Assembly: GCA_951406725.2 (NCBI GenBank)
Contig: OX597835.1
Coordinates: forward strand, 49,352,001 to 49,416,000
Direction: 5' to 3'
DNA from: Octopus vulgaris
Lineage: Eukaryota
Length of the DNA stretch: 64,000 nt
Shown: positions 1 through 16,213 of the stretch, piece after piece
Layout: each line of letters starts with the position of its first letter
Position numbering within the stretch: the stretch's first letter is position 1
Program-made: the position numbers and the translations under genes
The notes under the pieces: generated by a model
What the model was told of the DNA's origin: nothing
Database searches by the model: none
The model's input: the letters and a program-made list of their open reading frames with translations, nothing else

Positions 1-338
1 ATGCATTTATATATGTTTGTATATAATCACAGACACGTACACACACATATAGTAATATTTATACACACACACACACACACACACACACATTCATGTACGG
101 GCACAGAGTATAGACATTGTCTATATCATTAAGCAACGATCGCAGCGAGGATCGAACCATTAATCTATATATAACCAGCCCTAATGAACTCCGCTGGGAG
201 GAGATTTTGCCATTTAAGAAGCCAAGAAAAACAATTCACTTGCAATACAAAACCTTCATAGATAGAAAGATAGAAAGATAAATAGATAGATATGAACATA
301 TATGTATAAATATATGTTTACATACATATATACACATA

Positions 339-440
<102 letters not shown>

Positions 441-1384
441 TGTGTGTACAGGCATATGTAAGTATTACATACGCATACATCTATATTCACATATTCAGAT
501 ACCACTTATAAAACAAAAAAGCGAACCCCACCGAAAAAATAAAAAAACAAAACAAAAGCAAAAGCAATGCAAACAACAGCCTTGTCTACCCATGATGGTA
601 CTTTTCAATTCGATAAACAGTCCACCCTTATCATCCCACCCCATTATTGACTGCCTCTCTTAAACATCGAACCAGCTTGCTTGATGTTTCGTGAAGGCAT
701 TTCCTAATTGAATGAGGTTCTCCTTTTGATGTTGACACCGCTTCTATGGTGTATGTCTGTCCGTGTATGTTTATGTATGGGTATCACTGTATAGAAATGT
801 GTGTGTTTGTGCTTTTATCTATGCGTGTGTATTTTTTGTAGCGATGTGATTGTGTGTATGTGTGTGTGTCTAAATGTATGTGTGTGAATATCTTTGTGTT
901 TGCCTTTGTGTTAGTGTTTTTAAGTGTGTGCGTGTGTGTGTTTGTATGCACGTGTATACATATCTAAATATGTGTGTGTATGCCAGTATGCGTGTACATA
1001 TTTAAATGTGTGTGCGTGTGTGTGTGAGTGTGCGCGCATAATTTTGTTCGTTGGTATGTATGTATATATAGATGTATATATATTTTCATATACCTATATA
1101 CATTCATTAGTGTATCTGTGCACATACATGTTTATGTACATGTGTTGATATTGTTTAGGTGAAATGAAGAATGACTTAGTGGATCTACCACAAAAGACGC
1201 TCCAGCCATGGACACTTCATCATTTTGTGGGACATACTGGATAATATGTCCTTCTTTTGTTAACAGAGCACTATAAGAATTAATGGAGATTTCGCTATTA
1301 TTTCTGGGTTCATCTCTATACATGCGCCTGCATTTTTCTCACTATATACAATGTATATATTTTTTAATGTCAGTATATGTATAA

Positions 1385-1436
<52 letters not shown>

Positions 1437-1705
1437 ATACGCACACACACACACACACACGTACGGAGGGAGGTATATGTGTGTAGAAAAAGAACATATG
1501 TCTTTCTAATTCTACACATGATGTATAAGCGCGGAGATTGTCGATGTGAGTGCTCAAGAGATAATTTTAAATTTATTGAAGTGGTTAGCTCTACATATAC
1601 AATGCCTATATGCTTAGCTTATACCATGCTTTCGCAAATTGTTTTTGGTGCCTACATAGTCGTGATCTGACATAAGCACTCTGTCGGTTCTCACTCCTCT
1701 ATATA

Positions 1706-1748
<43 letters not shown>

Positions 1749-1804
1749 GCGTCTTTGTGCGTATGTGTGAAGGAACTACAGAAAACAATATCAGTGAAAA
1801 TTTT

Positions 1805-1876
1805 TTCTACATCTGTTTCAATAATTCCTAAGTAACAGGATTATTGCATGGTTTCTTAGAAATGTCTCATCAAGAA
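1805..1876 (-). ncRNA. Degenerate type I hammerhead-like motif with expanded stem II (Penelope-like remnant)
   Basis: Minus strand: ttc-TTGATGA-[~47 nt with hairpins tttct/agaaa and aataatcct/aggaattatt]-GAA-ACA-ga-TGT-A-gaa. C3U core variant, GUA triplet, only 3-bp stem I. Confidence 0.4.
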
Positions 1877-2230
1877 TACTTTTTTAAATATAAGCCCCTA
1901 TATAAGTTGGAAACTCAAGCAAGAAACGAAAAAAAAAAGAAATATAAAAATAATAACAAGTAGAAATAGAGAGCCAAAATATAAATTATAGAAATTGTTT
2001 TAATAAATTTTATCTCTACAGAACGTGCCTCGTAGCACAGATAACAATCTCGTCCTATCTATCCGAAGAAAGCCCTGGCATCGAATAACAAAATTATGAG
2101 ACACTAAAACTTAGTATAATGAATGGTTATCCACCCGGCAGGAGACGAAGTACCGACATTGGTTAAATTTCTAATAGTCACAGACCTCGACAGGATTTGA
2201 GCTTAGAGCATAAAGGATCGGCATAAATAT

Positions 2231-2427
2231 TGGTTTCAACTTTTGGCCAATAAGTTCGGGTGTAAATCGATTGCATCGATCTCACTGTTCAATTGGTACT
2301 TAAATCTAACGACCTCGATAGGATGAAAAGCAAAGTCGACCTCGGCTGAATTTGAACTCAGATCGTAATGATGGAGGAAATTCTATTGGGCATTTTGCCC
2401 GGTGTGCTAACGATTCTGCCAGCTCGA
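2231..2427 (-). mobile_element. tRNA-derived SINE, family A
   Basis: Reverse complement reads gagctggcagaatcgttagcacacc...ctgagttcaaattcagccgaggtcgactttgcttttcatcct...aagtacca; same as copies at 32771 and 42271. Confidence 0.85.
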
Positions 2428-2760
2428 TGCCTTACTCGGGGATAAATATGGTAAAGCATCCTGTCCAAAGTCCTAACGATTCTCTCAAAACTTGTGCTCG
2501 TAATAATATTGTTTCTGGTTTAAGCTTAAAGCCAGCAATGTCGAGGAGAGAAGGTTCAGGGGATTATGTTAACCTCCGAGTATTTGACGGGTACGGTTTT
2601 TTTTCTTTCTGATAAAATCAAGATGCTACAGACTGAAACAGATCTGGCCTTGAAAAACATTGGGGAAACCATGTTTTGATCTGGAGCTCGACGAAGCTAT
2701 GTAGAAACGCATATAAATCTCACACGTACAAATACACATGTACACATACACACACACACA

Positions 2761-2840
<80 letters not shown>

Positions 2841-2944
2841 TACATACACATATACTGACACAGAAATTTCCACATGCAAAAGCATACCTGCACGAACATA
2901 TTTTATTCTATGAAGGATTTAGTAAATACGCGTAGACTTGTTGT

Positions 2945-3225
2945 AAAGGGCATTCTGGTCAAGTGCGCAATACCAAGACTCGTTTGTGCATTGGGCCCTT
3001 GGCCAAAACACTCCACTTCACGTCCTTCACTTCACTCAGTCTAAAATGAGTACCATCCGAGGACTAGTGCAGTCAGTTTTCCTTTCTGCTCTCGTTTTCA
3101 GATGTTCGACTGGGTTAAACACGACGGAGTGTCTAAGTCTGATTGTAATTAAACAAGAACTAAAAACAATTAGCGAAAGGATGGTAACATTTTGCAAAGA
3201 CATCTTCATTCGCGGGTGACTCCTT
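2945..3225 (+). mobile_element. Degenerate SINE (family C-like)
   Basis: gcattgggcccttggccaaaacactccacttcacgt...cactcagtctaaaatgagtacc resembles the central region of the copy at 32430-32722. Confidence 0.4.
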
Positions 3226-3403
3226 TAAAAGGTTAAGTTGTATCTATGCTGGGTCATGGACTTCAAAAAGCTTAGGGTTACCGTAAGCGATTAAAGACAA
3301 GGTTGACACCAAAGTAGCAGGTCGTAACCAATAGAGCTTAACACTAAATTACCATCCATTGTCCAACCCCATATATGTATGTGTATGTATGTGTGTATAT
3401 ATG

Positions 3404-3471
<68 letters not shown>

Positions 3472-3712
3472 TGTACGCACGAGATAATTCACTTTGCCAA
3501 GTCATGTGTATGCAGGTCTATCTACCTGTTTATCTACACTTCTAGCTATCGATTAATCTATTTATCTAGCTATCGAACTACATACCTGTGCTTTTGTCTG
3601 TCTGTTTGGCTATCTACATATGTGTGTGTGTATATATATATATATATTTGTATATGTATGTTTATATATATGTATAAATATTTGTATGTGTATGTTTATA
3701 CATATGTATAAA

Positions 3713-3780
<68 letters not shown>

Positions 3781-4130
3781 TACCCTCCCCAGCACACACA
3801 TACTCACATATGCATGCATGCATGTATGTATTGTGGGTATATATTTCGTATCGAATCCTTTTCAATCTCTCAAAGTATCGTTTTACTAAAGTGGAACAAT
3901 GGCGACCATGTACCATTTAGCAATAAGGAACAGAAGCGACATCTATGTTACCATAGAAACAAACGAACACAATAACAACGACAGCAACAATGGATGATTA
4001 TTTCGTATACAAGAGTTATGTTTGTAGCCGGAGATCGTCGACTCCGTTTCTGTATACAAGTATAACACACACGCACGCACACACACACACAAATATATAT
4101 GTATATGTATCTACATATATATGACCATGC

Positions 4131-4161
<31 letters not shown>

Positions 4162-4422
4162 CACACACACATTATATACGTGCATATGTAAGATATGATA
4201 GATCCGCAAGTGTGTATGTTCTTGTTTCTGTGATGGAGGTTTGTTAAAAACTTATCAAGTTGTGTATAAATATTGAAATTTTACTTCTGTATCAAAGCTG
4301 TGTACATGAATATACACAGGCGTGTATATGTTCCTGTATACGGCAATTGAAATATATATAGAAACATACATGATGCACATACTTGTAAAATTTAAATATA
4401 CATTTTACATCAATGCATACTC

Positions 4423-4477
<55 letters not shown>

Positions 4478-5157
4478 ATATATATATATTTACACACATA
4501 CAAACACACACACATATATATGGTATGCATTGTATTGTATATACATATATTTAAAATATTTACACAAACATATTCCTATATAAATATGTATCAATATATA
4601 TATTTATATACATATATATTAATATTATAAATATAATTGATGCATAGGTATGTATGCGTATATAAGCATACGTATATACGTATGTGTATGCGCGTGTGTG
4701 TGTAGCCATGTATATGTATGTATGGGCATATGGATGTGTTTGTATCTGCGTGCAAGTGCACACGGTGATATCCCAGAAATCAATTTATCAAAATGCAGGC
4801 AAATTTAACTCGCAATGCCAAAAGTAATTGAACTCCTGAATGGCGGCGTATTTTTGCCATATTTCAACTTGATAGGATTACGGAGCTGTTGTTGTGAGCT
4901 GAGGTGGATTACAACGACACACGGCACAACACACACACACACAAATACACACGTGTATGTTTGTGTATATACATGTATACATATATATATATATATGTAT
5001 GTATGCATGTATGAATGTAATTTAGACATGTTCTATTACGGAAAACGCTTATGTGAATATTGAAATATATATTACTATATATGTGAATACACGCATGCAC
5101 AGGACTCCATGTTGCTTCTGGTAGAAACACACGCACACACACATACATATCTACGAA

Positions 5158-5600
<443 letters not shown>

Positions 5601-5686
5601 ATACATACAATTACATATGTTCATATATACTCACATACCAACACACAAATAGTTACATACATACATACATATATACATATATAAAC

Positions 5687-5728
<42 letters not shown>

Positions 5729-5942
5729 GGCATGCACACATATATAATAGTAATTATAATCATTGGAAAATAAATTATTGCATAACAAAACGCATACATC
5801 CACACCGATGCATGAGCGTAGACATCGATGTGAAGGCCATGGCGTGGAGATGCATACTCCGAAATTTCATGCGCCTAGCTTCATATATCCATATCTGTGT
5901 ATGTGTGTGTAAATATAACAATATATGCATGTGTGTATATAT

Positions 5943-6079
5943 GGTGCAGGCATAGCTGTGTGTTAAACTACCAGATTTTGAACCACATGGCTCCGGGCAC
6001 AACCCCACTGCGTGGCACCTTCGGCGTCTTCTACTGTAGCCTCGGACCGACCAAATTAGAAACTGAAAGGAGCCCGTCG

Positions 6080-6136
<57 letters not shown>

Positions 6137-6342
6137 TTGTCGCCCACCACCACTTGACAACCGGTGTAGGCGTGTTTACGTCGACGTAACTTAACAATTC
6201 GGCAAGAGAGGTTGATAGAAAGAGTACCAGGCCTTAAGAAAAAGTACTGGTGTCGATTAATTCAACTAAGCATTCTACAAGACGGTACTCCAGCATGGCT
6301 GCGATCGAATGGCTGAAACAATTAAAACTTAAAAGATAAAAG
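5943..6342 (+). mobile_element. tRNA-derived SINE, family B (internal TA/TG microsatellite, CR1-like tail)
   Basis: Head aaccacatggctccgggcacaaccccactgcgtggcacc; gaaactgaaaggagcccgtcg then (TA)n(TG)n; cttgacaaccgg...; tail ctccagcatggctgcg...gaaac...aaaagataaaa. Confidence 0.85.
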
Positions 6343-6616
6343 AGATATGTGGAGGAACAGAGAGAGAGAGAGGAACAGAGAAAGAGAGAGGGACAGAGGG
6401 AGAGAGAGAGAGAAACACACATGTAGACGGACAAACAGACAGACAGACAGACAGAAGGAAAAGAGACTTAAGCGCGCTGCAAAAAAGCATAAAATACATT
6501 TAAATATGTCTTTACGCATGAAAAATTTTTATCATGTAATTGAATTTATTTTCACTATATATAATATATACGCACATTACATATATGTACACACAAATAT
6601 AAATATACATGCATGC

Positions 6617-6710
<94 letters not shown>

Positions 6711-6859
6711 GTATATGCACGCGTAGAGCCAGCCATTCTATTTGATGCATCATGCGGTTTTGTGACTGTCCAATGTATATTATGTGTGTAAGCTGTCGGA
6801 TATTTACTATGCACATTGCTCTATTTTAATACGCATTGTCTGTGAGTGCACATGCTTGA

Positions 6860-7348
6860 GTGTGTGTGTATATATATATGTCTATATATATATATATATA
6901 TATGTATGTATATATATATATATATGTATATATATGTATATATATGTATGTATATGTATGTATATGTTTGTGTATATATGTATGTATATGTAATATATAT
7001 GTATGTATATGTAATATATATGCATGTATATGTATATATATATATATATGTATGTATATATATATGTATATGTTTGTATATATATGCATGTATATGTATA
7101 TACATATATGCATGTATATATATGCATGTATATGTATGTGTATGTATATATGTATATGCATGTATGTATATATGTTTATGTATGTGTTTGTGTATATGTA
7201 TGTGTATGTATATATATGTCTATGTATATATATGTATGTATATATATGTATGTGTATGTATATATGTATGCATATGTTTGTATATATGTAAGTATATATG
7301 TATATATCTATATGCATGTATATACATGTATATGTATATATATGTATA

Positions 7349-7403
<55 letters not shown>

Positions 7404-7430
7404 ACATATATGTATATATATATATACATG
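6860..7430. repeat. Degenerate (TA)n/(TATG)n low-complexity array
   Basis: Read directly; representative of dozens of similar arrays (e.g. 8170-8630, 23630-24330, 25140-26040, 42980-43430). Confidence 0.95.
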
Positions 7431-7431
7431 T

Positions 7432-7907
7432 AATATAGGATAAAATTTTTCGAAAAAAATTTTATCAATGGCCAGCATATTAAAAAATACCTTTAAAGGT
7501 TAAATTTATAAATAACTTATAAAACAAGGGCAAAAGAAAAAAATTATAATGCCAAATATGCCGAAAATAGAAAAATTGTCAATAACCATTATAATTTATC
7601 ACTATCAACATGTGTCTCGATACAAGCCGATATAAATTTCAAAGAAATTCCGTTATTACCGTATTGGTCCCAATTTCGGGGTTAATTCATAAGAATTTTC
7701 TCCTCCTCAGCGATAAATACGTAAGACATAAATGAAATAATTACTCATACCCATGGAAAAAGCAAACACTAAGTCCTGAGCAGACCTAAGTACCCCAAAT
7801 ATATCCAAAATAGAAAATCATCAGCACATCTCGAGACACGTGTGATTCGAACTAGAACCTTTCACAGAGTGAGAGAGTCCCGAAGTGAACACTATTAAAT
7901 TTACATG

Positions 7908-7908
<1 letters not shown>
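7432..7908 (-). mobile_element. Probable Penelope-like element 3' remnant inserted in (TA)n
   Basis: Unique segment flanked by (TA)n on both sides. Minus strand has tttatcg-CTGAGGA...GAGAC-acatgt...gtgataaa, a degenerate hammerhead-like frame closed by inverted tttatc(a/g)c / g(t/c)gataaa. Confidence 0.35.
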
Positions 7909-7979
<71 letters not shown>

Positions 7980-8580
7980 ATGCCTACATGCACATTCTTT
8001 TACACAACTGTGTAACTATTTGCATATCACAAACGTAAACTGGAAGCCATAAACACTCACACCTATATGCTTATATATGTCTACATATATTTTTGAATGA
8101 GCAAATATATATTCACACACATATGCTTGTCTGCATAAATACATATGCATATATATATGCACATATACGTCTGCATATGTATATATATATATATATATAT
8201 ACATATACACATACATACACACATATCTATACACATATGCATACACAGATATATACATATATATATATACACAAATATATATATATATAAACACACACAT
8301 ATATATATATATGTATATGTGTGTATATGTATATATGCATATGTATATGTATGTATGTATGTATGTATATATGTGTATATATGTGTATGTATATATGTAT
8401 ATGTATGTGTATATATATATATGTATGTGTATATGTATATATATGTATATGTATGTATATGTATGTGTATGTATACATATATATATATATATATATATAT
8501 ATTAATATATACATATATATATATATGTATATATATACATATATATATACACGCACATGATATGGATATATATGATTGTG

Positions 8581-8657
<77 letters not shown>

Positions 8658-8820
8658 AGTGTGTGTGTGTGTGTAAACTTGTGCGTGCATAAATATTTTT
8701 CTGCCTCTCGGTGTCATTTACCTGTTCAGGTAAGTGAAACAATAGTGAAAGTAGACGAAAAATTTAATGATTTTATTTTAATTATATAAATATATGTGAA
8801 TGTGTGTGTGTGTCCGTGAG

Positions 8821-8876
<56 letters not shown>

Positions 8877-9059
8877 GGACAGAGAGAGGTGAGTAAAGTG
8901 ACTTATAGACGGAAAGACGGATACATAGGTATAGAAATAGATATACCTATATACTAGCATTCTCAATAAGCCCAAGGTGAAACAGACTATATTTTGTCGC
9001 ACTAACAATTACAGATTATACATTTATAAGCATATACAAAAACGAGATAATTCCTCGAG

Positions 9060-9370
9060 TCCCATTGAGTGTAATCCGTCCAGTGTGATATGCATATATT
9101 TCATTGAACTCGGTCATTGTCTGATGTCTTGCAATATCGACCCTGGAGGGATTAATGCCAACGCAGACCTCTCCAGAATTTAAGCTCAGAATTTACATAC
9201 CTTGAAGGAATACCACAATCCTTGACCCTAAAGTTTCATAATGATATTGAAGACAGGCATATGAGCTGAAATGCAGTGGAAGAGGGGCACAGTTGATGAG
9301 GGTATCACTGGTATTTTTCTTTCATTGAAACCCGAAAATATAAAAGATTATCTCGACATGGTAATAGATA
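9060..9370 (-). mobile_element. Two old, degenerate family A SINE fragments
   Basis: atcgaccctggagggattaatgccaacgcagacctctccagaatttaagctcagaa and ctggtatttt...gaaacccgaaa resemble the family A core. Confidence 0.5.
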
Positions 9371-9651
9371 TCGAAATAAAAAAAATTAGATAGAAAGACA
9401 GGCAGACAGACAGACAGACAGAGCGACAGACTGACAAACAGACAGGTAGATAGATGGATAGATAGATACATGGCTAGATAGGAAGTATATACCTATACTT
9501 TCAGAGCAGTTTGTGGTTTTTACGCGTGTTTATAAATGTTTATTTATCACACCTACCTCCGTAGGTATCCAAGTATCATTCTACAGTTACACACACACAA
9601 TCATATATATCTATATCATGTGCGTGTGTGCGTCTGTATATATATATATAT

Positions 9652-9701
<50 letters not shown>

Positions 9702-9965
9702 GCATGTACGTATGTATTTATATTTTCTACAGATGCATATGTGCATATGTATGTCTAAGTGTATGTGTGTGTGTGTGCGTGCGTGCGTGCGCGAAGCGGT
9801 GTGTAGCGGCACGTTGCGAAGGTTCCTGCTGCACTTCCCTGCAAATATAATTATTACCGAACATTTATTTTAATTTTGTGTTGTTCACAAATTAGACCGG
9901 AAACGATGGATCCATTTCCATACTTACGGACACTCTCGGCCGAAATATTGGCTACGCCCATCATA

Positions 9966-9998
<33 letters not shown>

Positions 9999-10197
9999 TG
10001 CCTGTATATCCACATGGACACAAATTCCTTTTTAAATATACATATATCTACATATGTACATATCTATATATATATATATATATATATATATCTACTTTTA
10101 TATATACACACACATGTCTGTGTGTGTATGCATTATTTGCATTGAGAAAATACTCGCATATGTTGTTTGTAAACGGACGCCCCCTACACATACACAC

Positions 10198-10250
<53 letters not shown>

Positions 10251-10449
10251 GTGTGTGTGTGTGTGCGATTGGCCCGTCTACAAGTTTGCATTCTTCGTTT
10301 CTCTGTCGATGTATATGACTGGATAGATCACCATGCTGTGTATATATCTACACATATATATTATTGAATTTCACACGCTCTCTCCCTCCCTCCCTCTCTT
10401 TCCTTCTACGTCTTTCTCTTTCACTGACCCCCCCTCTCTTCCCCCTTCC

Positions 10450-10480
<31 letters not shown>

Positions 10481-10580
10481 TTGCTCTTTCTCTGTGAATC
10501 TATCATATCACGTGTGTGAGTCATTGATGACTGAATGACATAGAAATTCACCCGATCGATTCAAATGATTTAAGATAGGT

Positions 10581-10635
<55 letters not shown>

Positions 10636-10781
10636 CATCTGCCCAGACACACAAACATATTCTCTCTCCCGCCAAAACCTCTCTTTCTCTCTCTTCATCA
10701 ATCTATCTAATTATGTCTGCTCGACTTTCACATTACCTACCTATCATCCTGCTTTTATATATTATATATACATGCATACTT

Positions 10782-10907
<126 letters not shown>

Positions 10908-11364
10908 CATGTATTTGTGTATATGTATATATATATATACAACAACACATTTAACATATATATGCATCCGGTGCTGCGCACAAACGTACGAGGCCGCACG
11001 CATGTTTGTGCATGTGTATACATAAATATATTTGTATATGTATTTATATATACATTTCTTTGTGTGTGTGTGTAGATGTGTGTGTGTAGATGTGTATGTA
11101 TGCATTTATACGTTTGTGTGTACATTTAAAAATATTACGTGTCTTCTAAAACATATACATTCCTGGCTATAGAAACACAAATATTCACATGGAGAGACAG
11201 ACAGACAGACAGACCAACAGACAAGCCGACACACTACCAGACAGACAGACAGACAGACAGACGTATAGATAATTAGGATAGATAATTAGATAGATAAACA
11301 GATAACTTGCTATTAGATAAACAGGTATAAAACGAAATGCGGTTTGAAGGGAATGTTGTCAATA

Positions 11365-11455
<91 letters not shown>

Positions 11456-11655
11456 TCACACATATGCAATGTGTCTTTCAGTCAGACAAATCGATGCTGG
11501 AATTGGCAAAGAGTGATACTGTGCCATGGTTAGAATTCTATAGTTTTATGCATACGCACACACATACATACATATATATATACATACACATACACATACA
11601 TACTCACACATATATACATACATACAAAAACATACACACATACACACACACACAG

Positions 11656-11802
11656 AGGCGCAGGCGTGGCTGTGTAGCATGAAGCTTGCTTCCCAACCAC
11701 ATGGTTTCAGGTTCAATCCTGGGTATGTGTCTTCTGCTATAGACTCGGGGGCCGACCAAAGCCTTGTGAGTGGATTTCATATGCAGAAACAGAGAACCAT
11801 GT

Positions 11803-11810
<8 letters not shown>
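11656..11810 (+). mobile_element. SINE family B, 5' part
   Basis: ggcgcaggcgtggctgtgt...gcttgcttcccaaccacatggtttcaggttcaatcc...gccgaccaaagccttgtgagtggattt, then TA array. Confidence 0.85.
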
Positions 11811-11881
<71 letters not shown>

Positions 11882-12749
11882 CGAGTGCGTGTATTTGAGT
11901 CTCTCTATATATAAACGGTATACAAGGTGGTGTATGCCCGGATATAAAATTGTTACACACTCTCGTGCTGCGCGTGCATGCATGTATAGAGACTCAAATA
12001 CACGCACTCGTTCGCAGACACGTAGCTTTCTCCGTGGTTGTAAACACGCCGTGTTTACGATTTCCGAAACCGTTGAAAGGAGGCATTGAGGACCCAAGAG
12101 ATGGATTGGGTCTGTTTGGGTGTGTTTTGTTCTACCTATGTACGTGTGCGTCTGTGTGTCTCTGTTCCTCTGTACGCACGACAGTGTTTCTATGTATGTC
12201 TGTGAGTGTATGTGTGTGCGTGCGGGTATGCGTACACGCCAGAATAACTGTGTTTATTTCATATTTATGTTGTTCTGCCTATACGTATGTCTGCGATAGT
12301 TTTTTTTTAGTCTCCGAATCTGCCTATTTGTCTGTCTGTCTGGCCACCGTCTGTGTGTCAGTCTGTCTGTATATCTTTCTAAAGCCCAACGAATTTATGA
12401 ATCTGTCCTTCTACCCTATCGTCTTTGCTCTCTCTCTCTCTCTCTCTCTCACTCCATCTATTTATCCTATGTCTGGCTGTCTACATATACATATGTATAT
12501 ATATCGATCTACCTATCAGTCTATATGCCTTTATGTCTATTTATCTGTATCTATATCTATGTCTGTCTGTCTGTCTGTCTGTCGTTGTCTGAACCTGTCT
12601 GCCAATATATGTACACCACTATATATGTTTTAGAGTGCACATACATGTGACCCCGTGAGTGTGTGCGCGCGGATAGCTTAGCTTAACAATCAGAGCGAAT
12701 GTATTTACCTGATGTGAATACATACATAGATGCATATGTTTATACATAC

Positions 12750-12854
<105 letters not shown>

Positions 12855-12857
12855 TAT

Positions 12858-12889
<32 letters not shown>

Positions 12890-13080
12890 GTTCTTTTATA
12901 CATATTTATTCAAACATTTTAGACTTACCTGCCTATGCACAAACACACAAACACACAAATATGTGTAATATATACGTATATAAGTACAAACTTTTATATA
13001 AATATGTGTGTATTACTCACATACACGTATATATGTATGTATATATAATACATATATGTAAGTATGAATTCACGTATGTA

Positions 13081-13146
<66 letters not shown>

Positions 13147-13229
13147 GTCTACCTGTCTGTCAATCTAAAATCACTCAAGTAAATTAATCTCTGGAAATTC
13201 GCTTCACGTTACCAAGCCGCCGCAAGCAC

Positions 13230-13540
13230 TCCTCCACCACCACCATCATCCCCACTGCTAGCACCACCACCGCAACCACCACAGCCACCACCACAACCAC
13301 TGCCACCATCACCACCATCTCATCCAACAACATACTCATCACTACCGCCACCACCAACATTAACTCAACTACAGACACTGATCGACCTCCATCTTGATAT
13401 TATTTGCCCCCAACACCGACACCCATCGACCACCACCACCATCACCACCACCACCAACATCAACAACGCCAACAACAACAACAGCAGCAGCAACTGCAAC
13501 AACTCTATTACCATCATCAATAGCACTACCACCATCGTAA
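13230..13540. repeat. Degenerate (CAC/CAA/CAG)n trinucleotide region
   Basis: Read directly. Confidence 0.85.
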
Positions 13541-13746
13541 TATCATAAATGTGCAATCGTATTGTTTCGACGGCCTTGGCTCCTTCTGTACAGTCGAGCA
13601 TATGGACTCAACGTGTATATATATAGATATATATATATATGCGTATAGATATGTAGATACATTAGAATATACACACACTCGCACGCACAAATATATATAC
13701 ATATAAACATATACACTCATAAATATATGCGTATATATGTATAGGC

Positions 13747-13780
<34 letters not shown>

Positions 13781-13833
13781 TTGAATATGTATATATATAT
13801 ATGTTTATGCATGTATATATATGTATGTATGTG

Positions 13834-13894
<61 letters not shown>

Positions 13895-14446
13895 ATCTAT
13901 ATATATATATGACTATGTATACATATACTTTTATATGTAAATATGTATAGGGAACGCGTATGTATATCTAGACATGCATGCACATCTCTACATCAAATGT
14001 ATGCGAGTATGCACATATATGCGTGCTCTATTGTACATTCGCGGAGAATGTACAATTATACGTAAGCACTAATTTTGTGTAGATTGTGCCTTACTTTGTG
14101 AATGCACTTATATAAGCATATGTATGTACATGTTTGTGTATATGTATATTATATATGTGTATGTGCGTGTGTGTGTTTAAAAAGAGTCGATGGGTCACTT
14201 CGAATGAGAGATAAACAGACAGACAGACAGATAAAATGAGCATATTGGCCTACATACCGTTAAAATAAGGACTAGGAAAAACTTGCTCCCTGAAAAAGAT
14301 CCTTATCCGAAACGTAAAAACTCTCTGATCTACCTACAAAAGAATATAGTGAGATGTGTCAATAAGCACAATTCTTGCATTCGGTAGACTAACAATGGTT
14401 TCCATGGAAACTCTGTGCGTCTGTGTATATACATATATAAGCACAC

Positions 14447-14487
<41 letters not shown>

Positions 14488-14518
14488 CATTGTCAATATA
14501 TACTTACATATACCTATA

Positions 14519-14582
<64 letters not shown>

Positions 14583-15031
14583 CGTATACATATGGGTGTG
14601 TATATTTGCATATGCGAATATATATGCTCCAAATGTAATAAATAATTACATATGTGCCAATTTTAATTTCAAGAACATATGGTAATTCAGTTTTAGCAAA
14701 ATTTATTTTCGTGTGTGTATGTATGTTACATATATTTCTGCATGTGGACACACGGACACACAAATATATCTGCCCACATTCGAGTTCAATTGGGTCCGAG
14801 TTCATATGTTTATATATGCATGTAGAAAGTATGTGCTTACGTATATATGCATATATGGGTGTGTGCGTGTATATAGACGCATATACGTGCATGCACACAT
14901 GTATGCATATTCATCTATGTACGGCTATATATATATACACACACACACACTCACGAACACACACACACACATACTTGTATACGCATGTGCACATATCTAT
15001 AAAATCTACATTTGTATGTATATATATATAT

Positions 15032-15095
<64 letters not shown>

Positions 15096-15299
15096 TACAT
15101 TTGTATGTATATATATATATACACACACACGTTTGTGCTCACTCATCTACATGCCCGCCTCCAACCGACTCCTTCACGACCCTCCTCCCAACACAATTTT
15201 ACAGTTCATGGAGTCCCAAATCTCGCCGAGTGAGGTCCTCGCTGATTGACAGTTGTGTGGGGCCTACCCGCTGACAGCATATGCCCTAACGATGCAATG

Positions 15300-15650
15300 A
15301 CAGCCCACCCTGCAGATCGCAACACTGCTGGAAATAGCAGTCGCATTCTCCCCACATCACTTTGTATCATCGTAAAATATGAATGTAAGGAGAATTCCCT
15401 TTACGCTATGTCAAAAATAAAGCTGGATTGTCATGGCTGGAATGCTCTGTGCTTCATCTGATGAGATGGAGCCAAAATAGAAAAGATAAACTTACAAACG
15501 CGCTTCATTAAAACCATGTATGCCTGACTGCTAGAAATAGCAGTCTTTATATCATAGGGTACTAAGTTTGAAATAGGAAGGATTCATTAGATCATGAGCT
15601 AATATGGTGGCAGACAGCAAGAAATTAAACAGGGTAGTCACCAGCTGCTG
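15300..15650 (+). mobile_element. Interspersed repeat family D, two partial copies
   Basis: ctgct(g/a)gaaatagcag...; ggtca..gctgga..; tgacctggggttaaacaac. The motif recurs at 18835, 41875, 46280(-), 54820(-) and 55270(-). Confidence 0.6.
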
Positions 15651-15815
15651 TACAAGGGGTTATGTTTGACCTGGGGTTAAACAACGAAAACAATTAGAAC
15701 AAACGATATTCAGTCTAAGAGGACCAACACTCCTTCTTGACATATAAGCAAGCACACGTGCATTCACGGATACGTAGAGCATCCACGCGTAGACAGACAG
15801 ACAGACAGACGGAGG

Positions 15816-15849
<34 letters not shown>

Positions 15850-16156
15850 TGGATAAATGGATGGATAGATAGACAGACAGACAGACAGACAGATGTACCA
15901 CATTGTCATATCCATGCATGTACATATAAAAAGACATATATTAATGTGTATATAATGCATGCGTGCACCAACATATATGGAGGTATGCAAGAATTTGTGT
16001 AAATATACATATATACACACACAAATATATATACATACACATCATATATATATATATATACACACAAATATATGCATATATATATATACACACACATATA
16101 TATACATACTTACATAGAGATATGTATGTTTATATGTATGCATGTAGATATGTGCA

Positions 16157-16213
<57 letters not shown>

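Noticed and set aside
1159-1244. Possible terminal exon (tttag|GT GAA ATG...TAA, 27 codons) or the minus-strand 63-aa ORF 1132-1323
   Set aside because: No recognisable protein similarity and no supporting exons; a splice-like AG alone is insufficient.
15455-15490. CTGATGA...GAAA on the plus strand
   Set aside because: No stem II, stem III or NUH triplet; lies within repeat family D.
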